A stretch of DNA of 64,000 bases from Chrysomallon squamiferum (Eukaryota > Animalia > Mollusca): positions 36,518,001 through 36,582,000 of the forward strand of contig CM022665.1 in assembly GCA_012295275.1 (NCBI GenBank), read 5' to 3'. Below are positions 55,303 through 64,000 of the stretch, in pieces (the stretch's first letter is position 1; every line of letters begins with the position of its first letter). The position numbers were made by a program, and so were the translations under genes. The notes under the pieces were generated by a model. That model had not been told where the DNA came from, did no database searches, and saw only the letters and a list, made by a program, of their open reading frames with translations.

Positions 55303-56628
55303 ATACCAACCATACAACAACAACGACAGTAAAAATAATCCTTCTTCATGTTTGGTTGTTTTATTTCTCCATAAAACGATACTCTATATTTTATTCGCTG
55401 ATCTGTTATTTATTGTCTAACTTAATTATTGGCAACTGTTGGTCTCCTTGACCAATTACTTTGGAAATATACAAAATGTAACTTTATTCACAGCAATATA
55501 TGTGCACTAAAATTGTACTCTCTCTCTCTCTCATATTTGTAACAGCAACTGAATTATTAAAATTATTTTATTTTCTTTCAGTCGGTATCATGTCTAATCT
55601 TCGTTCTGCACATTATCCGTATCACGACTGCAACAGCGGAAGTACATAAACATTTGTAATTGCCTGGGTATGCACCGGAAATTATTCCCAAACAATTTCG
55701 CTCGTCTCGCGCTCTCGTGCTCTTTAGTTCGTGGCACGTGCTGAAAGTTAGGCATACCGCTTCACGTTGAACACCGGACACCCCACTTACAACATTTGTT
55801 GTTTTGAAATCGGATCAATCAAAATTAAGTTCTCGTCTTTGGCGTAGTTTACATGAATATGCCATACTCTTGATATTTGTCGAACAAGTCTTTTCCGTCT
55901 CTCTCTTGTCCACAAAGCCGTTTGCATTTGTGGTTAACATGGCCGGAGGAACTCAGCTGTGTGCATTTTATTACAAAGTGACATGGTTTAAACAAGCACA
56001 TTAATGCGTTAAGAAAACACATATTTGATTTCATGTTGTTAGCTTTGCATGAGGTCACACAGAAGCCACGTAATCGGAAACCCTCGGCAATTTCCGAAAG
56101 GCCCTGTCTATGACGTTTGCCTTTTGATCCCTGACCTGGTCTGAAAAGAGCCATCTGCTGTCCGGCAACCTCGTTGAACAAGACGCAGATATCATGTAGC
56201 AACAATTAATGGATTTTTTCCTTTCCTTTTTTTATTTTTTATTTTTTTATTATTATCATTTTCTCTCTTTCTCTCCTATCTCGAAGGTTTTCACAATCTT
56301 CCGTCTTTAAATTTTATTTGTCTGAAATTGTATTGATGGTGTTTTCACCCTACCATCTTTCGCAATACATTTTAGCACTACCGTGATACTCACTGGATTA
56401 TTATTTTTTTTCTTGATCATCATGATCATTTTCTTCTTCATCATCATCATCATCTTCTTCTTCTTCTTCTGTAACAGCGAGAGAGAGAAGCAATTTTCAG
56501 CTCAGAACAAAGAGTGTTACTTGGCTTTTTTCTGTTCCAATTAGGAATCATTTTTTTCTTTCTTTTTTAAATTGAGTTAAATAAAATTAATATTAATATT
56601 AATTTGATTTAATTTAATTTAATTTGAA

Positions 56629-56671
<43 letters not shown>

Positions 56672-59600
56672 ATTATTATTATTATTATTTTATTATTATT
56701 ATTATTATTAAATGATTCTATTTTGATACAAAAACAAATGCAGTTTACGAGACCCAGTCTGTTCAGTTATGGTGGAGAGATTGAAATAAAGTTATGTCCC
56801 TTTCATTGCAAATTGAACAAATTACCTCTGAGTGTTGTATACAAATAGCATGTCTTTAAATTTTACATTCGTTTTCATCAGTTATTTATTTATTTTTCTG
56901 GTAATTAATTTTAAAAGAAACAGTGAAAGATTAAGAAAACAGCTAATGATGACTAATCATTTCAAAGTGTGTGTGCGTGCGTACTTGTCTGTGTGTTATT
57001 GTTACAAAATTGTGTATTTGTGACTAAACTATACTTATCACGAAAAACCCATCAACAACAAAGAAAAAAATAACAAAATCTTTTATACTTCAGTGATCAG
57101 TTTCTGTGTTTTCTTTTCTCTTGTTTACGTTATTTTCTCAAAGATTTTATTAATATTTTTATTTTGTGTGTTAATGTCCACTCTGCAATAAACGTAAACC
57201 TGTTGCGAAATAACATAAACATAGACGGACGGAAACAAAGACAAATGAACAAATGTACATTATTAAAAAAAAAGTACATTAAATTCCATTGATTATTATG
57301 AATTTATCAATATTATGTTCCCTTTTCATTTTCATTTCATTCTATTTTATTTTATTCTTTTACTTTTTTTTAACTCTTCTTAGTTTTCGTATTCAGTTAT
57401 ACTTAGTAGTAGTAGTACTGCTTTCCTAAATAATATGTGCACACACATCCACACACACGCACACACACAGACGCACACGCACACACACATAGACACACAC
57501 ACACATAAACATGAAGAGTTTTCTCAAACCAAGTACATAAAGCTATGTGGTGGGGACATCAAATCTCTGTGGGAGAGGCATAAAAACAAAGCAGATTTAC
57601 ATGTCTTAATGAAACGTAACGTAATAAATAGGGGAAATATGGACACTGCTATGATAAGTTATGTTAGCCAAAACCGCAAATTTCTTCTCGCTTATTTGTC
57701 ACGACGTGGAGCGGTCATAATTTATAGACATACTCCATTACCGAAGAGGTCTATTTCTGCCAAAGTGCTTACAAGTTCTAACATATCTTGCGCCTCGCTC
57801 GAACCCGGCCCCCTGCGGCTTTCAGCACTTGAGAATGCTTCCACTGAACGATTGAGCACAATTCATTAACCATTCGCACCCGGTGACATGTTCTTGTCGA
57901 TGAGGCTGAAAAGAAAAAAAAATTAAGAAAAAAAAAAGATGATGGTTTTGACGAAGCTACGATGTTGGAGCATCCACGTTGGCGGGATTTGGTCTGTGAT
58001 GTCAAGGTCACTGCACTTAAAATGTCTGCTTTATATCTTTTAAATTCGTTCCAGATCATCTATAATGTGACCCATAGATACTTTTCTCTTTTCTTTTTTC
58101 TCCTTTTTTCTTTAAAAATCAGTCGGTTTCAGCTGTTTGATATTTGAAGAGAACACACATAACAGGTATTATTTTAAATGAACCGAAACAATTTAATTTC
58201 AAAACGATGTTAACATTTTTTGTTTTTTTCGTTCGTTCTTTATTTCATTGTATTATTCGTTTTCTTTATCTTCTTTGTATACTTTACTTACTCGACTTGT
58301 TTTAATGGAGCAGTGCGTAAGTAAAAACTATCAATGCATATACAATATTTAGAAACTCGATTTATTTTGTTTATTTATATTGAAAGTTTGACATGTGTAA
58401 TGATGCGTATAATGACTTCCATCTGCAGATGTAGCGAGAGTTTTTATTTATTTATTATTATCATTATTATTATTTGTTCGATTTTATTAACATTTTTCAC
58501 TGCTTTCTTTTTTCTCTCCTTTGTATTATTTTCCCTTTCTTTCTATCGTTATTTAGTTTTCTTATTTCATTTTACTATTACTTTTTCTTTATTGTTTTTG
58601 TTTTTATTTTACTTCTTTCTATTAATGCTGCTTTTTAAGATGTTAACGCTTTTTTTTCATCGTTTATTGTTTTATTCTCTCTATCTCAATGTCTTCCCCT
58701 TTCTGTCCCATCTATTAGTCTGTTTCTCTGTTTTTAAAACAGTATATTATGGGTTTTTTTTTTTAATGTTGTTAACACTCTATGTCATGATTCATAAAAA
58801 CAACTTAAAAACACAGAAAAATCAGAAAAAAAAAAAAAAGAAGAAAAAAAGAAGATTATATTACTAATATAAAACTGTATAATATATCCCTGTGTTTTCT
58901 TTTAATTTTAATAATGTATTAGTATGAAACGCTGCTGTTTTCGTTACCTATCTAGCATAAATAGCTTTGTCTTCATATTTAATTGATTAGGTATTATAAA
59001 TTATACCACCGTTAACTTTGTGAAATTTTAAATAATTACTCTCAGTATTCTATCATTTATTTATTTATTTTTTTTTTTTTTTTCTATCTATCCGTCTATC
59101 TGTTTCTTCCTTTATTTATTTATTTTTTTTTATTTTTTTTTTTTTTTGTTTTTGTTGTTTTGTTGTTGTTGTTTAATTTGTTTTTTTACTGTAAATTTGA
59201 AACAACATTTTTTCTATCTTTTAGAATTTGTGTTTGCTGCTGCTTTAGTTTGTTGCTAATTTTTTAATTCTGGAATACACATATTTTTTTAGAAGATTAT
59301 AATATTATGACAAAGAATAGTTCATTAGGACTAAATATACTTGTTTTTATACACATTCTTCGTGCACACAGTGCACAAGCCTAACAAACAATGTATTTTC
59401 GGTTATAAACATTTATAATTGTTATGTTTCCAGGTTATAACCTTGTTTAATGAACTACATTAACATTTTAAAACTATCTTTGCTTGAAAACGAATGATTA
59501 TTATTTGAAATGTTTAAAAATCCTTAGTAAGTGTCATATGGTGATGTGTTTTCAAAATAAACCTACCATCGAATGGTTTGCGTAGCCTCCTAAATGCTGT

Positions 59601-59811
59601 AAATATTCGTCCAGTATTGAAAAACGCTTAGCAGCTATTAATGTACTTGTCTAGTAAGAAAATACGCCAGATTTGCAAAACTTACCAGCTAACGTTTCAC
59701 GTGGTGCTTTAATGAGAAAACCTTGGCCGAATTTGTACCAACTGACTGGGTTAACTCCCTTAATGTTTCTTCCAAAGATGACGTTCGTTACTTTAAGATG
59801 AAAACCACTTC

Positions 59812-60260
59812 AACAATATATGTTGGATAATTCAAACAAACTTAACAACATCTACTTGATAATTAAAACAGAACAAATATTAACCATTATCGGTATGCCA
59901 GATAAAACCTTATTAACAACATCGGCTTGGTAATTCAGACCGTTTGGGTATTATTAACAACACTGACTTGGTTTAATTCAAACGGTACAGAACAATACTT
60001 AGCAACATAGGCGTGGTTGTTCAAACTTCTAAATATTGACACTATCGACCTGGAGATTACACGCTATAAATGATAAACAGACATAAGCTTGGTAATTCAA
60101 ACAGAACATAATTATTTGGAAACATCGTCTTCGTAATTCATATCAACTTGCAGTAAGCAGTATCAACTTGGTAATTCAAACATTATGAATGTTAAACAAA
60201 CAAAAGCTCAATAATTCAAACACTTCAGTATTATATATCGCCAGTTTGTTCATTCAAATG
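59812..60260. repeat. Degenerate minisatellite: about 12 copies of a ~26-bp motif separated by variable spacers
   Basis: Consensus close to AACAACATCGRCTTGGTAATTCAAAC, recurring at about 59812, 59844, 59882, 59915, 59956, 60001, 60039, 60076, 60119, 60156, 60195 and 60235. Confidence 0.65.
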
Positions 60261-60289
60261 ATATATACGTTAATAATGCTGCGTATTTC

Positions 60290-60336
<47 letters not shown>

Positions 60337-60742
60337 TTATTTTTTTATTTTTTTATATTTTTTTTTTTTTTATTTATTTAATTTTTTTTTTTTTTCTTCA
60401 AAATAAACATTGTAAAATAGAAAATAAATAAAAGATTATTATTTTAAAACTTGTATTATCTTTCAAGCATATATGGTTTCTTGCGGTTCTGAAGATCATG
60501 TTTTATAGATAGATTTCATCGAAATCCTATACGAAGACCTTACATACAATAAAATAGTCCCCTTGTGCAGGTAAAAGTATAACTGATAAGAAAAGATACA
60601 CGTATTAAATATAACGATCCCAGATACAATTTCCAATTGTATCATTGCAACTGGTCCGTTTTGCTTGCATGTTGATGTTAAATACTATATTATGCCAAAT
60701 TTACAAAAATTACACATATAAAAGATCCATTGCTTTTAACCA

Positions 60743-60814
<72 letters not shown>

Positions 60815-61490
60815 TAATAAATAAATAAATAAATAAATAATTTTAGAAATTTATTTGTTTTCTTATTTGTTTATTTTATTAATTAACACATTTATTTATT
60901 TACTTACTTACTAATTTATTTGTTTGTTTTGTTTACCTGTTTGTCTGTCTGTTTCTCTGTCTGTTTATTTTATTTTATTTTATTTTACCTTACTCTTCTT
61001 TATTTTTCTTTATTATTTCCTAATTTCTATCTTTTTTCATTCTTTTTTCTTCCTTTTTAATTTATTTATTTTTCAAGTTTGTTTTGTTTTTTGTTTCAAA
61101 AATCTAAAATATATATTCTGTATTAAAACAAAACGAGAGGTTACTAAGTTCGTCCACAAGAATAAGTCACCAGAGTTTCACATTGACGATCTGCCTGCAG
61201 CATATGTTACACACATTATTTAAGTGTGGAAAATAATTAAAATGCTAAATTTTTTATTTACAAAATCCATTTATTGATTATGGAGCAACAAAAAAAGTAT
61301 ATTTATATATGTAAATGCAATTTCATATTCAGTTTATTTAGTGTTTTATGTCATATAAAAGATTCATCAAAATATAATATATGCCAAAGCTGCGTATGCA
61401 GTAAGTATGTTTTTATCACCAGGTTCACAACAAAAGACTTTTTGAAAACTATTTTCAATAATCTGTTGGGTTTTTTGTTGTTGTTTTTTT

Positions 61491-61595
<105 letters not shown>

Positions 61596-62107
61596 CACTC
61601 ACACAAACAAAAATGTTATTTATTACAAATTTTATTTATTACAATTATTATTTGCTGTGGAGTAAATTCTGCAAAATAAAATAAAATAAAATAAAATAAA
61701 ATATAACAAAACAAAATAAATATTAAATAAATAAGTAAAATACAAAAAGAAAACGAACGAGTATAAGTTATAAATAAAATATGTGGGGATGGTCAAATGC
61801 GGACGTATGCGTACACACAAATATACTAACACATTCATTTATTTATTTAATGTTTTTTATTTGCTTATTTGCTTATTTGTTTTTGTTTTTTGATGTTGTT
61901 GTTGTTTTGGGTTTTGGGGTGTTCTCTTTTTTTTTCTTGTTTTTATGAATTTTTTATTATTTATGCTCTTTTTACTGTGTTGACGTTAAAAATGTATTTA
62001 TTCATTATTTTAATCTTGCTCAGTATAGTTTTAATTTTACATAAATAGTGCATCTGGGAAAAATGGACCTTCAATTGTTGCTACCGCTGTTTTTTTTAAT
62101 TTATTTA

Positions 62108-62158
<51 letters not shown>

Positions 62159-62586
62159 ATTTTATATTTTTGCTGTTGTTGTGTTGTTGTTGCTGCTGCT
62201 GTTGTGTGTGTGTGTGTGTGTGTGGAAGTTGTGCATGCTCGCTAAAGCGTATACATCCAAATTTGCTTTCCAACAGTTATTTTTATATCCTGAATAAAGG
62301 ATTCCGGGTTACAAAAACTGGACTTCATAGACGAACGAGACAGGTGGCGCTAACTCTATAAGGTTAAAGGTCAGATAACATTTTAGAAATCTGGTGTGGA
62401 AAAATAACTTATTGGTGTCAGTTTGCACGTAATTATTGTTAACTTCGTCAATCAGAGAAATAATTATACTGTAATAAAATATAATTATTTAATTAAGTTA
62501 ACTAGTTTATTGTCGTAGAATTATGATCATGATTATTATTATGATTATGATTATTAATATTATTATTATTATTATTATTTATTATA

Positions 62587-62632
<46 letters not shown>

Positions 62633-63938
62633 GAAATGTCTGAATGCAAATTACAAAATGTCTCTAAAAATGTATAATTTATATATTAGACTCGAACTTG
62701 ATTAAATACAGACGTAGATTTTCAGAACAATGTTTTCTGCAATACTAGAAAAAGGCAATACAGAGTGTATTTAGTAAAGGAAGAAGGAAATGAAAAAGAA
62801 GGTGAATAAAACAAACAAACAAATAAACAAACACAAGAGAAACGTAATTATGATTCAGTTAAATTATTTAGCTACCGGGAAAAAAAAAAAAAAAATAATT
62901 AACAAATGAAATAAATTTATAAGAAAGGTAAATAAATAAATAAATAAATAAAGTTTGCCATGAATTCAATAGCTGGTATTTATTGTACGTATGACAGCAT
63001 AATTAGTAATATACTAAATTCAAAAATTATTTGCTATTAAAAAACGTAACAATAGCAGCAGCAGTATTCATAATCATAATAAACTAAAACAATTTCAATA
63101 ACAACTACAGCAGCAGCAACAAATATCATCATCATTATAATCATTTATTCAATAACAATAATAATAATAATAAATGCAAGCTGTATAATATAAACAGCAT
63201 AATTAAATGATAAATAATATTCTAGGCTAACATTCCACCAATTTATTACACTTTGAAAAATGTAATTAATTATATTTATTGACGTAATGTTCTATCGATA
63301 CATAGTACCTTGAATAAATTAAAAAGTTGACTGTTATTAACTATTTTTTAATAAATTTCTCGAATAATGATGTTCTGCGAAAGAAAAGCACTTGCGTCAC
63401 TCCAGTCTGCTAGTTTTATCGGTTCAGAACATTAAATAAAAAACAATGGATGCACCTTGCAAGAAGAGACTGTGATATTCGATAAACCATTCGTGAAACA
63501 GAGGCTGGATCAGGAAACTAATATCTTAACGTGTTACGCTTACTAACATTCACTGCAGACCACCACCTAAGAAGTAGTGGTGGTAGTCTTCATTGTGGTG
63601 GTGGGGGTGGTGGTTGTAAGTAGTAAAATAACTAGTAATAGAAGTAATAGTTGTAGCAGTTGTAGTAGTAGTGGTGGTATTGCCGATGATGATAATGATG
63701 ATAATAACAGTTTTAGTGTTCGTATTAAACTGTTATTAAAAGCAGTGGTAATAATAATAATAAAATAATAATAATAATAATAACCGATTTTGAAACTGTT
63801 TATATTTATTAATAGCAATACAAAATCTTAAAAATAAGTAAATAAATAAATAAAAATAGTTTGTGAAATGAAAACACCTTAGAAATACTTAATTTTTACT
63901 TAACTGATTTATATTATTAGTGTTACATCATTATTTCG

Positions 63939-63991
<53 letters not shown>

Positions 63992-64000
63992 TGCAACATC

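Noticed and set aside
57790-57860. Minus-strand tRNA gene (A-box-like cgttcagtgg, B-box-like ggttcgag)
   Set aside because: Cloverleaf stems do not form; at best a decayed tRNA-derived SINE head.
58334-58867. 177-aa hydrophobic ORF resembling a membrane protein
   Set aside because: Phe/Leu/Ile richness simply reflects T-rich low-complexity DNA.
59812-60260. CRISPR array
   Set aside because: Eukaryotic context, very degenerate repeats, spacers too short and irregular, and no cas genes.

Overview
Very AT-rich, microsatellite-dense, intron-containing eukaryotic DNA. A MetaSINE-like fragment and the repeat landscape suggest an invertebrate, probably a mollusc (inference). Three genes are well supported. 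(1) A 1541-aa single-exon ORF (+, 11087-15712), mostly low-complexity, with two internal tandem-repeat arrays. Its C-terminal coiled coil and several short motifs resemble vertebrate LRIF1/HBiX1, the SMCHD1-HP1 adaptor; this is the most interesting candidate here. (2) POLA2, DNA polymerase alpha subunit B (+, 17 coding exons, 18376-43318, about 593 aa). Its 13.2-kb intron 5 holds two arrays of a ~1.18-kb tandem unit separated by a decayed ~3.2-kb Sola1 DNA transposon. (3) RAD51 (-, 9 coding exons, 53451-45436), convergent with POLA2, with one base apparently missing in a G run at the coding-exon-4 acceptor. Both POLA2 and RAD51 have E2F-type sites near their 5' ends. A further minus-strand gene probably runs off the left edge. 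Other elements include a hAT MITE with a perfect 8-bp TSD, TTAA-flanked MITEs, a MULE derivative, hairpins and a degenerate spaced minisatellite. All homology calls come from reading the translations by eye and from recalled reference sequences; no searches were run.
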